A program made the translations under genes and the position numbers. Of a stretch of DNA of 64,000 nt, positions 32,391-44,140 are shown in pieces. Positions within the stretch are counted from its first letter, which is position 1. The number at the start of each line of letters is the position of its first letter. The stretch is from Patescibacteria group bacterium (GTDB lineage: Bacteria > Patescibacteriota > Patescibacteriia > UBA9570 > JAHJKD01): positions 381 to 64,380 of the forward strand of contig JAZDOC010000017.1 in assembly GCA_043798935.1 (NCBI GenBank), written 5' to 3'. Under the pieces are notes generated by a model that was not told the origin of the DNA, did no database searches, and saw nothing but the letters and a program-made list of their open reading frames with translations.

Positions 32391-34637
32391 ATGGCTAGAA
32401 GACCTAAAAATAAAAGAAAAAAAGACCAAGCTGAAACAGAGTCGGAGAAAATTACCGCGCTTACTCCTGAAGCTAGAAAAGGCATTATTATTGTACTATT
32501 GTTTGCAGTAGCCGCAATTAGCGCTTTAAGTATGTTCGATTTGGCCGGGCCAGCTGGCAAAGAAATTGATAAATTTTTAATTTACATTTTTGGATACGGT
32601 AAATACATTTTTCCGATAATATTATTAGTTCTCGGATATGTATTAATTTATCCGGAAAGATACTATGTAAGTTTTAGTAATTATTTAGGAATTGGAGTAT
32701 TTTTATTAAGCACACTGGGAATGCTTAATGTAATTTATCAGCCAAATGTTGGTGGTGGTCACATCGGTATGGCGTTAAGTTTTCCGTTATTAAAACTTTC
32801 AACAGTTTGGGCGGCATTGGTTGTGATCACTGCGTTAATGATTACTTCATTGCTGCTAATGTTTAATACTTCTTTGGCTGTACTTTTGGAAAAATTTCCA
32901 GCTACCAGTATTTTAGGAAAAATTGGCCGGCTGATTGGTTCAGTTTTTGGACGCGCTAAAGATGGAATTATTCGTCGCCAACTAGAAAATTACGATTCAG
33001 AAACAGATCAAGAATACAATGAATTTCCCGAAGAACAAGAAGGGGAAGTAGAGGAATATGATGAAAATAATGAAGCCACAGATTTTAATAAAAGAGAATT
33101 AACCAGCCAAGAAGCCGAAGATCGTTTAGAACCTGAACAAATGAGCCTGATTAAACCTAAACGTCAGAATCGAATAATAGATATTCCGATTGGTTTGTTA
33201 AATAATAAAAATGATAAACCGACCAGTGGCGATATTAAACATAATAAAGAAGTGATTCATCATACTTTAGCTAGTTTTGGCATTGAAACCGAATTAGGCG
33301 AAGTAAGTATTGGCCCGACCGTCACTCAATATACTTTAAAACCGGCTGATGGAGTAAAATTATCCCAAATTACCACCCTGTCTAATGATTTAGCTTTGGC
33401 ACTCGCTGCTCATCCAATTAGAATCGAGGCACCGATTCCGGGGAAATCATTAGTAGGTCTCGAGGTACCTAATGAAACCGTGGCCATGGTTGGAGTAAAA
33501 GAGATGTTAGCATCCGATACCTTTAAAAAACGCACTAGTAATTTGGCGCTATGCGTGGGTCGTGATGTAGCTGGAGCTTCTTATATCATGAATCTAGATT
33601 CCATGCCTCATTTATTAATCGCTGGTTCTACCGGATCCGGAAAATCAGTTTGTATTAATGCAATTATCATGAGTTTATTGTTTCAAAACGGTCCGGATGA
33701 TTTGAAATTAATATTAGTCGATCCGAAACGTGTAGAATTCACTTTGTATAATGGTATTCCTCATTTATTAACCCCGGTTATCACTGACGTGCAAAAAACC
33801 ATTAATGCTTTGAAATGGGCAGTGGGTGAAATGGATCGTCGTTATGAACTGCTGTCAAAATCCGGCAAGAGAAATATTGGAGATTATAATAAAAATGGTA
33901 GCAATATGCCATACATCGTAATTGTAATTGATGAACTAGCTGATTTAATGGCTACCGCGGCCCGAGAAGTAGAAGCCACTATTACACGTTTAGCGCAGAT
34001 GGCCAGAGCTGTAGGAATTCATTTAGTGTTGGCCACGCAACGCCCGAGTGTTGATGTTATTACTGGGCTGATTAAAGCCAACATCACTTCGCGAATTGCA
34101 TTTAATGTAGCATCAATCATAGATTCACGAACTATTTTAGATCACTCAGGTGCAGAAAAATTACTTGGTCGAGGCGACATGCTGTTTATTACTGCCAGTT
34201 TAGGAAAACCAAAACGTTTGCAAGGCGCATTATTAACCGAAGATGAAATTGAAAGAGTTGTTAAATATTTAAAATCAAAAGCCAAGCCCGATTACAGCGG
34301 TGAAGTAGTAGAAAAACAATCGCGCGGAATAATGCCCCAAGCCTACCAAGACGGCGAAGACGAAGACGATCTTTTAGAAGAAGCTAAAGATGTAATACTC
34401 AAAGCCGAAAAAGCTTCAGCTTCATTATTGCAACGACGTTTACGCGTGGGTTATGCTCGAGCGGCCAGAATTTTAGATATATTAGAAGAGCAGGGATTTA
34501 TTGGCCCGGCTGACGGCGCAAAACCAAGAGAGATATTAGTTAGCACACGTGAAGACATGAATCCGAATTATGCTGAACAATATACCGAGAATCATGACTA
34601 TAATGAAGAAGAGGAAGAACATGTAAGCGACAACTAA
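32391..34637 (+). CDS. ftsK: DNA translocase FtsK
   Basis: N-terminal TM region, PHLLIAGSTGSGKS, IDELADLM, ATQRPS, gamma domain LLQRRLRVGYARAAR. Confidence 0.97.
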   Translation: MARRPKNKRKKDQAETESEKITALTPEARKGIIIVLLFAVAAISALSMFDLAGPAGKEIDKFLIYIFGYGKYIFPIILLVLGYVLIYPERYYVSFSNYLGIGVFLLSTLGMLNVIYQPNVGGGHIGMALSFPLLKLSTVWAALVVITALMITSLLLMFNTSLAVLLEKFPATSILGKIGRLIGSVFGRAKDGIIRRQLENYDSETDQEYNEFPEEQEGEVEEYDENNEATDFNKRELTSQEAEDRLEPEQMSLIKPKRQNRIIDIPIGLLNNKNDKPTSGDIKHNKEVIHHTLASFGIETELGEVSIGPTVTQYTLKPADGVKLSQITTLSNDLALALAAHPIRIEAPIPGKSLVGLEVPNETVAMVGVKEMLASDTFKKRTSNLALCVGRDVAGASYIMNLDSMPHLLIAGSTGSGKSVCINAIIMSLLFQNGPDDLKLILVDPKRVEFTLYNGIPHLLTPVITDVQKTINALKWAVGEMDRRYELLSKSGKRNIGDYNKNGSNMPYIVIVIDELADLMATAAREVEATITRLAQMARAVGIHLVLATQRPSVDVITGLIKANITSRIAFNVASIIDSRTILDHSGAEKLLGRGDMLFITASLGKPKRLQGALLTEDEIERVVKYLKSKAKPDYSGEVVEKQSRGIMPQAYQDGEDEDDLLEEAKDVILKAEKASASLLQRRLRVGYARAARILDILEEQGFIGPADGAKPREILVSTREDMNPNYAEQYTENHDYNEEEEEHVSDN

Positions 34638-34642
34638 TAAAC

Positions 34643-35311
34643 ATGACCCAATTTAGTCAAAAAAAAATATTAAGCTCACAAACATTAGGTGATAAATTAA
34701 AAAGAGCGCGTCGCGAAAGTGGCTTGTCTTTGCAAGAGATCGGTGCACGACTCAAAATAAATTATCAATATTTGAATTGTTTAGAAAATGGTCAGTACAA
34801 TAATCTACCAAGTGAAGTTTACATTAAAAATTATTTGAAGAAATACAGTACTTTTTTACAAGTCAGCTGGAAAGTGGTTGAAAAAATGTACGAGCAGGAA
34901 ATGATTATTTATAAATCCAAGCAAAACAAAATAATATCATCAAAATTCAGTCAAAAAGCTTTGGTCATTCCCAGCATTGTTTACGCTCTTTTAATAGGCT
35001 TTGTCTTTTTAGTGGTCGTTTTGTATTTAATGTTTGAGATTAGCAACTTTATTCAGCCACCTTTTTTAGAAGTAAGGAATGTGTCTGATCAAATGATTGT
35101 GAGAGAGCGAAATATTCAAATAGCCGGCAAGGCCGATGTTGACGCTCAGGTATATATTAATGGCGAAGAAATTATTACCGATGAAAATGGCAATTGGCAG
35201 GAAGACATATCATTACAAATTGGTTTAAATACCATCATGATTACGGCTAAGAAAAAACATAGCAAAGAAAATATAATTTATAAAAGAATATTTGTCGAAA
35301 TAAATAATTAA
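34643..35311 (+). CDS. RodZ-like protein (HTH_25 + TM + Ig-like domain)
   Basis: LGDKLKRAR...YLNCLENG..LPSEVY.KNYLK, single TM, C-terminal LQIGLNTI beta domain; sits between ftsK and recA. Confidence 0.8.
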   Translation: MTQFSQKKILSSQTLGDKLKRARRESGLSLQEIGARLKINYQYLNCLENGQYNNLPSEVYIKNYLKKYSTFLQVSWKVVEKMYEQEMIIYKSKQNKIISSKFSQKALVIPSIVYALLIGFVFLVVVLYLMFEISNFIQPPFLEVRNVSDQMIVRERNIQIAGKADVDAQVYINGEEIITDENGNWQEDISLQIGLNTIMITAKKKHSKENIIYKRIFVEINN

Positions 35312-35333
35312 TTAACACAGGCGCTAATAGCGC

Positions 35334-36359
35334 ATGAAAATAAAACATATGACAAAAAAAAGTGAAACAACAATTGATCGCAATAAATCAGCCGCCGCCG
35401 CAATTGAACAAATTAAAGAGCGTTTTGGCGAAGGTTCGATTATGAAGCTAGGCGATGCCAAACAAATGAAAGTTGAAGCCGTATCAACCGGCTGTTTATC
35501 ACTCGACATCGCATTAGGAGTAAATGGTATACCTCGTGGCAGAATCATTGAAATTTACGGGCCTGAGGCTTCGGGAAAAACTACTTTGTCGCAACACATT
35601 GTGGCTGAAGTGCAAAAAATTGGTGGCACCGCTGCTTTTGTGGATGCTGAACATGCTTTAGACCCGGAATATGCCAAAAAAATCGGAGTTGATACTAAAG
35701 AGCTTTTAATTTCTCAGCCCGATACTGGCGAACAAGCCTTAGAAATAGTCGAAACATTAGTTAGGTCTAACGGTGTCGATGTAATCGTTATCGACTCTGT
35801 GGCGGCCTTAACCCCAAAAGCTGAAATAGACGGCGATATGGGCGATCGACATATTGGTCTACAGGCTCGTTTAATGAGCCAAGCCTTAAGAAAATTAGCC
35901 GCGCTTGTTTCTAAAAGCCACACCATAGTAATATTTATTAATCAGATTAGAATGAAAATTGGTGTGATGTTTGGCAATCCGGAAACAACCACTGGCGGGA
36001 CAGCTTTAAAATTTTATTCCTCGGTGCGCATTGAAGTCCGACGTTCGGCGCAAATTAAACAAGGCGATCGCGTTATCGGTAACCGGGCTAAAGCTAAAAT
36101 TGTTAAAAATAAAGTGGCCGCACCTTTTCGAAGTACAGAATTTGATATTATGTACAATGAAGGCATTTCTATTCCCGGTGATGTGCTAGATACAGCTGTC
36201 CAATTTGGCGTGGTCGATAAAACCGGAAACACTTATTCTTATAAGGAAACCAAACTAGGAGTGGGTCGTGAAAATTCCAAAGCGGTTTTAAAGGAAAATC
36301 CAAAATTAATCAAAGAGATTAGAAAAGATGTTTTGCTAGTGGTTGAAAACGAAGAATAG
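35334..36359 (+). CDS. recA: Recombinase A (start possibly 35349)
   Basis: [42 protein letters not shown]. Confidence 0.99.
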   Translation: MKIKHMTKKSETTIDRNKSAAAAIEQIKERFGEGSIMKLGDAKQMKVEAVSTGCLSLDIALGVNGIPRGRIIEIYGPEASGKTTLSQHIVAEVQKIGGTAAFVDAEHALDPEYAKKIGVDTKELLISQPDTGEQALEIVETLVRSNGVDVIVIDSVAALTPKAEIDGDMGDRHIGLQARLMSQALRKLAALVSKSHTIVIFINQIRMKIGVMFGNPETTTGGTALKFYSSVRIEVRRSAQIKQGDRVIGNRAKAKIVKNKVAAPFRSTEFDIMYNEGISIPGDVLDTAVQFGVVDKTGNTYSYKETKLGVGRENSKAVLKENPKLIKEIRKDVLLVVENEE

Positions 36360-36400
36360 AAAATATATTAGAAAAAGGATCAATCAAAAACATTGATTAT

Positions 36401-36434
36401 AAAAAAACCGCAGACTATCAGTCTGCGGTTTTTT
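36401..36434. terminator. Bidirectional intrinsic terminator after recA
   Basis: AAAAAAACCGCAGACT-ATC-AGTCTGCGGTTTTTT. Confidence 0.88.
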
Positions 36435-36448
36435 ATTTTTAAGAAAGC

Positions 36449-36772
36449 TTAGAAATTAAATTTTTTGGAAATTTCATGAATAAAAGGAATTTGCCAATAT
36501 TTCCCTTGTAAGGTTTGGACGACACCGTAAATGGAAACAAGAATTACGGCTAAGAATAATAATTGTCCAAAAATTGGAAACCAAAATACCATTGATGCTA
36601 TAATGTCTATAATAAATAAAACCAAGCCTTGTTTGGCATGAGCCATGGCGAATTTAGATTCTTTTTTTGTTAGAATCGGCACGATAAATAATAAACCAAT
36701 GTAGCTTAAGCAGGCAATGGTTTTGTTTGCTTCAATGTCTTTAGCATCGAACTTTAAATTGTCGTTTTGCAT
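36449..36772 (-). CDS. DUF4870-like small membrane protein
   Basis: NKTIACLSYIG..VP..KKESKFAMAHAKQGLVLF...IP pattern, 3 TM. Start taken at 36772. Confidence 0.75.
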   Translation of the reverse strand: MQNDNLKFDAKDIEANKTIACLSYIGLLFIVPILTKKESKFAMAHAKQGLVLFIIDIIASMVFWFPIFGQLLFLAVILVSIYGVVQTLQGKYWQIPFIHEISKKFNF

Positions 36773-36800
36773 ATTTTTATTATAATATTTAATGCGCACG

Positions 36801-37169
36801 TTAATTAATTTTTATTTTGTTTATAGTTAGTACTAAGCCGGCGCTTAAAATTGCGGCACCGGAGGCATAGATTAATGGTTCAGTGATAATATTGAACAAA
36901 TATAAGAATTTAAAATTTATCATGAATTTAACAAGAGCTATAATAAGCGAAGTAAACAGAATTACAGTGCCGTTAACCCAGGCCGCAAGGCGATAATCGG
37001 TTATTTTTGTTTTGGCGATGATATAAATAATCAAGAAGATATTAGCAACGATAATTAAAGTACCGCTGTTATCAGTAAATAAAGCCGCAATTTCAAAAAT
37101 TAAGGTGATAACAATCGGCCACCAAGCTTGGATTAAATATGAATGGATGTCATTTTGCGGGTTGTTCAT
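36801..37169 (-). CDS. Hypothetical membrane protein (~4 TM)
   Basis: 122-aa hydrophobic ORF co-oriented with its neighbours. Confidence 0.6.
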   Translation of the reverse strand: MNNPQNDIHSYLIQAWWPIVITLIFEIAALFTDNSGTLIIVANIFLIIYIIAKTKITDYRLAAWVNGTVILFTSLIIALVKFMINFKFLYLFNIITEPLIYASGAAILSAGLVLTINKIKIN

Positions 37170-37201
37170 TGCATTTTCTATTATAGCAAAAAAATAAGCA
37201 T

Positions 37202-37231
37202 AAAAAAAGCAGGGGTGGTTTAGACCCCTGC
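37202..37231 (-). terminator. Intrinsic terminator after groEL
   Basis: Minus strand GCAGGGGT-CTAAACC-ACCCCTGC-TTTTTTT. Confidence 0.85.
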
Positions 37232-37246
37232 AAAAGTATCAAGCTA

Positions 37247-38884
<1,638 letters not shown>

Positions 38885-38920
38885 TTATTGGACAATTCTA
38901 GAATTGTCCTTACTATTTAA

Positions 38921-39196
38921 TTATTTAACAACTGCTAAAATTTCGTCGTGTTTTAAAAATTTATATTCGTCATCATTATATTCGACATCATCACCTGAAT
39001 ATTTTCCAAAAAGTACTTTATCACCAATTTTAAGGCCTAGTTTTTTTATTTTTTCGCCTTCGCCGATGCCTAATATTTCGCCTTCGGCTTTTTTTTCTTT
39101 GTCTGCACTGCTTGGTAATACAATGCCGGATTTTGTCACTTCTTCTTGGGTAAGAGGTTTTACCAAAATACGGTCTCCTAGGGGTTGTAGATTCAT
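38921..39196 (-). CDS. groS: Co-chaperonin GroES
   Basis: LQPLGDRILV, TKSGIVLP, GDKVLFGKYSG. Confidence 0.98.
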   Translation of the reverse strand: MNLQPLGDRILVKPLTQEEVTKSGIVLPSSADKEKKAEGEILGIGEGEKIKKLGLKIGDKVLFGKYSGDDVEYNDDEYKFLKHDEILAVVK

Positions 39197-39242
39197 ATTT
39201 TTTTAATTAATTATTAATGTTTTTATTAATTTTTATGAAATT

Positions 39243-39269
39243 TTAGCACTTTCGATATTAGAGTGCTAA
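39243..39269 (-). promoter_or_regulatory. CIRCE element (HrcA operator)
   Basis: Minus strand TTAGCACTC-N9-AAGTGCTAA, one mismatch to the consensus, between the promoter and groES. Confidence 0.93.
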
Positions 39270-39283
39270 TTTCTGCAATATCA

Positions 39284-39312
39284 ATAATACTGTATATTAA
39301 CAGCTTGGTCAA
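39284..39312 (-). promoter_or_regulatory. Sigma70-type promoter of groESL
   Basis: TTGACC-17 nt-TATTAT immediately upstream of CIRCE. Confidence 0.75.
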
Positions 39313-39330
39313 GGCTGTTAAATTTAATCC

Positions 39331-39921
39331 TTATCCACAGTTTTTACAGTTTTTTTGAGGTATTTTTTCTAACTGGAATATATATGAAAGCAATAGGAAA
39401 ATTGGACCCATGGAAAAATAAGCCGCTTGCATCCAGTGCGGAGCGTGCATGCAATTGCAAAATGGCAAACCGGCATAATGATGAGAGGTAATGTTATGAA
39501 TATTAAATGTATAATAACCCACGGTTTCGCCCAGAACAAGCAATGGCCAATAAATAAGCACAAAAAGCAATAAGCTTTTCACCAAAGTATTTGTTTTAAT
39601 TAAAGCATTATAATGCGAATAAATTAAATATACTCCCAACAAGCCACAGGGCCAGGCAAATAACGGAAAGATGCTTAGGCCAGCGATTTACAGGTAATGA
39701 CCGTCGTAAGAATATTCGCGGTTAGCAATAAGCATCCAGATTACAGATAATCCCGAAGCCAATAAAAAATGCTTAAACAGATCAACTCTTTTTGACGCTA
39801 TAAGGTAAATGATTACAAAAAAATAGGCACCTAATACTAAAAAATCAGCTCGGATAATACCTAATAAGAGAAAGCCGACGAGAATAGCAATTTTATCGAT
39901 AATCAGCAAATGTTTTTTCAT
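39331..39921 (-). pseudogene. Membrane protein gene (~196 codons) interrupted by one in-frame TAA at 39688-39690
   Basis: Reads ...YSYDGHYL*IAGLSIFPLFAWPCGLLGVYLIY... in a single frame, joining track ORFs 39688-39921 and 39331-39642. Confidence 0.8.
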
Positions 39922-41216
39922 AAATTTTTATTTGTTAAAAATAATAATAACCAAAACCATAAATTACTGGTTACTAAGCTTACGAAATAATGATCAAAAA
40001 AACCCACAACCAAAATAATGATTAATGTTCCGGCATAAATTAAAATTGGTAAACGAGGTGAAGTAATTTTTTTAATACCTAAAAAATGTAAAATTGTAAA
40101 AAGCATTAAACCAAAGATGCCTAGTTCGGAAAAAATTAATAAATAAATATTATGAACCGGTTGATAACTGTATGGCGGGAGAGTAGAATTAATTTCATTA
40201 TAAACGACTAAAGTGTAATTACCCGCGCCGACTCCGAATAACCAGTGTTCTTTAAGTAAAGCATGGCTTTGTTGTTGATAGGTGGTGCGTTCGTTTAATG
40301 ATTTGATTTCTAGACGATCATTTATTTGCACACGGCTGGTAATGAGCGGTAGATAAATTATAGAAAAAGTGAGAAATATTAAAAATATTATAGTTAATGA
40401 TTTAGCATATTGGCGTCGGTATGGTTTGTGCTTGGTAAAAATAAAAAAGCTTATAACTATTAACGCCACGATTAATCCTAAAATAGCTGAACGAGAAAAA
40501 GTAAAAAATAATCCCGTACTTAATAGAATAAGCGACATTATCATGCTTAGGCGTTTGATATTGTTATCTGATTGCAACCATAAGTATATGGCGAGCAGTA
40601 AGCAAATTGCTAAAAATCCACCGAGTATATTAGGGTGCGACATTGTGCCATAAGCGCGGAGCCATCGGCCATCGGCATTAGAAACCACGGCGACGCCCAG
40701 ATCCTGAGCTTGATGAGAAGCCATGCCTAACCATTTATTGGATACAACTTGTTGATTAAAAAATTGCCAGATAGCTAGATAGGCCTGAAAGACCCCGCCG
40801 GTCATTAGTGCCCAACTGGCTTTGATAAAGCTTATTTTAATATTAAAAATAATAAATAACAATCCGGCCATCAGTAATAAGCGAACAAAATAATAGCTTG
40901 TTAGAATCTTATCTTGCGACCAGAAAATTGATAAAAAATTCATCACCATAAACAGTACAAATATAATAATAAACTTTTTATCTATTTGAGAGTTAGAATT
41001 TTGCGGTTCGCTATTTTTATAAAACAGAGCGCCAAGGAATAATGATATTATTAAAAGATCTAAAGCATACAAGCTATATGTGCCATATTCCCAAACACCA
41101 TTATTTAACGAGCTCATTCTAATAATATATCGGGTCGAAAGCGAACACAAAAAAAGAAAAAGATAGAAACCATATTCTATCAGATTATTTATGCGTAGAA
41201 AGCGATTTGAAAGCAT
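39918..41216 (-). CDS. O-antigen ligase (Wzy_C/WaaL-like) family protein
   Basis: Multi-TM, RAYGTMSHPNILGG, TFSRSA, GVGAGNY, PVHNIYL. Confidence 0.88.
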   Translation of the reverse strand: MLSNRFLRINNLIEYGFYLFLFLCSLSTRYIIRMSSLNNGVWEYGTYSLYALDLLIISLFLGALFYKNSEPQNSNSQIDKKFIIIFVLFMVMNFLSIFWSQDKILTSYYFVRLLLMAGLLFIIFNIKISFIKASWALMTGGVFQAYLAIWQFFNQQVVSNKWLGMASHQAQDLGVAVVSNADGRWLRAYGTMSHPNILGGFLAICLLLAIYLWLQSDNNIKRLSMIMSLILLSTGLFFTFSRSAILGLIVALIVISFFIFTKHKPYRRQYAKSLTIIFLIFLTFSIIYLPLITSRVQINDRLEIKSLNERTTYQQQSHALLKEHWLFGVGAGNYTLVVYNEINSTLPPYSYQPVHNIYLLIFSELGIFGLMLFTILHFLGIKKITSPRLPILIYAGTLIIILVVGFFDHYFVSLVTSNLWFWLLLFLTNKNL

Positions 41217-41278
41217 GCTCTAATTTTACCTTATTTTTTGGTATTTTTATAGGGTTACTTTAAACAAGAATGTTTTTT

Positions 41279-41303
41279 GGCCATGAATTTATTCAGGGCA
41301 CTA
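41279..41303. repeat. Imperfect palindrome, 22/25 identical to 22579-22603
   Basis: GGCCATGAATTTATTCAGGGCACTA versus GGTCATGAACTTATTCAGGGCGCTA. Confidence 0.7.
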
Positions 41304-41410
41304 AAAATATAAATTCTGGGCATATCGTTGGATTCGTTATCTTAATTTAAGAAATAGCATTTTTTTGCTATACTAAGAGAGTAATTTGTAAGTAAATAGC
41401 ATTAGAATTA

Positions 41411-42235
41411 ATGTCTGTTAATTTAACCAAATTAGTCGGTTCGCGTCGCCCCTTAATAATGGGCGTTTTAAATGTGACACCCGACTCTTTTAGTGATGGT
41501 GGAAAGTATGATAATTTAAAACAAGCTGTGTGGAGAGCTAAACAGTTGATCGATCAAGGCGTTGATATTATTGATATTGGTGGCGAGTCTACGGGTCCTA
41601 ATTCTAAAGCGGTTAGTTATCAAGAAGAAGCCAGGCGTGTTTTGCCGGTCATTTCGGAAATTAATAAGAAAATAAAAAAAAGATCTAAAATATTAATATC
41701 AGTTGATACTTATAAATCCGAAATTGCTAAAAGAGCGTTAGCCAGCGGTGCTGATATAATTAACGACGTTACAGGCTTGCGGGGTGATGTTAATATGGCA
41801 AAAGTGGTGGCTGAATATAATTGTCCAGTTGTAATAATGTATTCAAAAGACAACACGGCCCGCACCACGATTAAAAAAATGCAATATCGCAATGTTGTTA
41901 AAACTATAAATAATTTTTTTACGGCACGTATTAGATATGCGAGCAAAAATAGTGTGGCTAAAAAAAATATTATTCTTGATCCGGGTATGGGACATTTTAT
42001 TTCAGCCGTGCCAGCTTATAGCTATGAAGTTATTTCTCGGTTAAATGAATTTAAAAAACTTGGTTGCCAAGTAATGCTGGGTATGTCGCGAAAGTCTTTT
42101 TTGGGCGGTGAACTTAATGAGCGCGACCAGAAAGTTTTACCACTTTTAGCCGTGGCTTATTTTAATGGTGTAAGCATTATTAGAACACACGATGTTTTGG
42201 GAACAATTAAATTTTATAATTTGTTAAATAAATAA
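41411..42235 (+). CDS. folP: Dihydropteroate synthase
   Basis: MGVLNVTPDSFSDGG, DIGGEST, SVDT, INDV, DPGMG, SRKSF, RTHDV. Confidence 0.97.
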   Translation: MSVNLTKLVGSRRPLIMGVLNVTPDSFSDGGKYDNLKQAVWRAKQLIDQGVDIIDIGGESTGPNSKAVSYQEEARRVLPVISEINKKIKKRSKILISVDTYKSEIAKRALASGADIINDVTGLRGDVNMAKVVAEYNCPVVIMYSKDNTARTTIKKMQYRNVVKTINNFFTARIRYASKNSVAKKNIILDPGMGHFISAVPAYSYEVISRLNEFKKLGCQVMLGMSRKSFLGGELNERDQKVLPLLAVAYFNGVSIIRTHDVLGTIKFYNLLNK

Positions 42236-42240
42236 AATAT

Positions 42241-42588
42241 ATGGCTAACATGGATTTAAATTGTACGTTTAAATTTGCGGCTTCGCATTTTTTACCAAAT
42301 TATAATGGTCAGTGCGAAAATTTACACGGGCATAATTATAAAATAATTATTACTGTTTCCGGAGAAGTGAAAAAAGATGGCCTCGTGGTTGATTTCAAAG
42401 AAATTAAGCGAATCGTTAATGAACAGGCAATTAATAATTTAGATCATAAACATTTGAACGATATTATCGAAAATCCTTCGTCTGAAAATATTGCAATTTG
42501 GATTTGGAATCAGGTTAAAAATAATTTACTTTTAAAAAAAATCGCCGTATTTGAAACCGAAGATTGTTACGTTGAGTATTATGGTTAA
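42241..42588 (+). CDS. 6-pyruvoyl-tetrahydropterin synthase / QueD family, CExxHGH (PTPS-III-capable) type
   Basis: FAASH, CENLHGHNY, LDHKHLN, PSSENIA, ETE; lies between folP and folK. Confidence 0.9.
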   Translation: MANMDLNCTFKFAASHFLPNYNGQCENLHGHNYKIIITVSGEVKKDGLVVDFKEIKRIVNEQAINNLDHKHLNDIIENPSSENIAIWIWNQVKNNLLLKKIAVFETEDCYVEYYG

Positions 42589-43051
42589 TAACGCTTACAT
42601 TGCCTTAGGCACCAATCTGGGTGATCGAACCAAAAATTTACTTTTGGCTTTATCGCAAATTGAAGAATTTTCAGTTGTAAAGAAAAAGTCGTCTATTTAC
42701 GAAACAGTGCCGGTTGGATATTTAAAACAGAATGATTTCTTAAATATGGTCGTTGAGCTGGAAACAGTATTAAGCCCAGTAGAGTTGTTTGGAAAATTAC
42801 AGAGTATCGAGAAAAATATGGGGCGGGTTAAGACCATTTTAAATGGTCCGCGAATAATAGACTTGGATATTTTATTTTATAACAATCAGATCATAAATAA
42901 TGATCAGTTAATTATTCCACATCCGCGTTTGGCACAAAGAAAATTTGTACTCGAGCCTTTAGCGGAAATTGCATCTGATTTTATTCATCCATCATTAAAT
43001 TGCTCAATTTTAAATTTATTAAAACAATATGAATCAAAAGAAAATAGCTAA
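42581..43051 (+). CDS. folK: HPPK (6-hydroxymethyl-dihydropterin pyrophosphokinase)
   Basis: YIALGTNLGDR, SSIYET, FLN, GPRIIDLDIL, PHPR. ATG at 42581 overlaps the PTPS 3' end. Confidence 0.96.
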   Translation: MVNNAYIALGTNLGDRTKNLLLALSQIEEFSVVKKKSSIYETVPVGYLKQNDFLNMVVELETVLSPVELFGKLQSIEKNMGRVKTILNGPRIIDLDILFYNNQIINNDQLIIPHPRLAQRKFVLEPLAEIASDFIHPSLNCSILNLLKQYESKENS

Positions 43052-43580
43052 ATTAACTTTACAGTTAATTAACGAGTTAGGGGAGGATGGCAATCGCGAA
43101 GGGCTGAGGAAAACCCCACAAAGAGTAGCTAATGCGTATATAAAAATATTTGGCGGCTATAAGCAGGATCCAAAAAAAATTATCACGGTTTTCGACAGCG
43201 ATAATTACGATGAAATGGTAATATGTAAAGACATAGAATTTTATTCCACTTGCGAGCATCATCTACAACCATTTTTTGGAAAAATTTCAATCGGCTATAT
43301 ACCTGATAAAAAAATAATCGGTTTATCTAAATTGCCACGATTAGTTGAAATATACGCGCGACGAATGCAAAATCAGGAACGCCTGACAATGCAAATTGCT
43401 GATGTGATTGCCAAATTATTAAAACCTAAGGGTGTAGGAGTGGTAGTCGAAGCTAAACATTTATGTTTAATGGCCAGAGGTGTTGAAAAACAAGGTGCAA
43501 CCATGACCACATCATATTGCAAAGGATTGTTTCGAACTAACGAGAGTACACGTAATGAATTTTTAAAATTAATTAGATGA
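43029..43580 (+). CDS. folE: GTP cyclohydrolase I
   Basis: REGLRKTPQRVA, STCEHH, GLSKL, QERLT, HLCLMARG. Confidence 0.97.
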   Translation: MNQKKIAKLTLQLINELGEDGNREGLRKTPQRVANAYIKIFGGYKQDPKKIITVFDSDNYDEMVICKDIEFYSTCEHHLQPFFGKISIGYIPDKKIIGLSKLPRLVEIYARRMQNQERLTMQIADVIAKLLKPKGVGVVVEAKHLCLMARGVEKQGATMTTSYCKGLFRTNESTRNEFLKLIR

Positions 43581-44140
43581 TTCTTATAATCGATAATTAC
43601 GATTCTTTTACTTATAATTTGTATCAGCAAATTGCCGGCTTAGGTTTTTCAGTACAAGTTATAGCGCAGGATAAAATTACTCTCGGTCAGATAGCTAAAC
43701 TGAATCCAAAAAAAATTATTATTTCTCCGGGTCCAGGGAATCCAGAAACAGCTGGCATTTCTATGGCTGTAATTAAGAAATTTTATAAAATTAAACCGAT
43801 CTTAGGAGTATGCTTGGGGCACCAGTGTATTGGACAGGTTTTTAGTGCTAAGATAATCGGTGCTAAAAGCATTATTCATGGTAAAACCTCTTTAATTTAT
43901 CATGATCACAAGAGTGTTTTTTATGGACTTCGTAGTCCTTTAAAAGTTGCCCGGTATCATTCTTTGGCAATTAACTGCGTACCGGAAAATTTCAATTTAT
44001 TAGCCTGGACTAGAGACAAAGAAATAATGGCCATTGGTCACCAAAAGTACCCATTAATTGGAGTGCAATTTCATCCCGAATCTTTTTTAACCGAGAAGGG
44101 AAATATTATAATGAAAAATTTTTTATATGCAAAAAAATAA
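43577..44140 (+). CDS. pabA: Glutamine amidotransferase, ADC synthase component II
   Basis: IDNYDSFTYNL, SPGPG, GVCLGHQ, RYHSL, QFHPES; folate-operon context. Confidence 0.9.
   Translation: MILIIDNYDSFTYNLYQQIAGLGFSVQVIAQDKITLGQIAKLNPKKIIISPGPGNPETAGISMAVIKKFYKIKPILGVCLGHQCIGQVFSAKIIGAKSIIHGKTSLIYHDHKSVFYGLRSPLKVARYHSLAINCVPENFNLLAWTRDKEIMAIGHQKYPLIGVQFHPESFLTEKGNIIMKNFLYAKK

Noticed and set aside
39688-39690. Stop-codon reassignment (e.g. code 25) explaining the interrupted genes
   Set aside because: The internal stop is TAA, which ends most genes here; TGA ends folE and long genes have no internal TGA.
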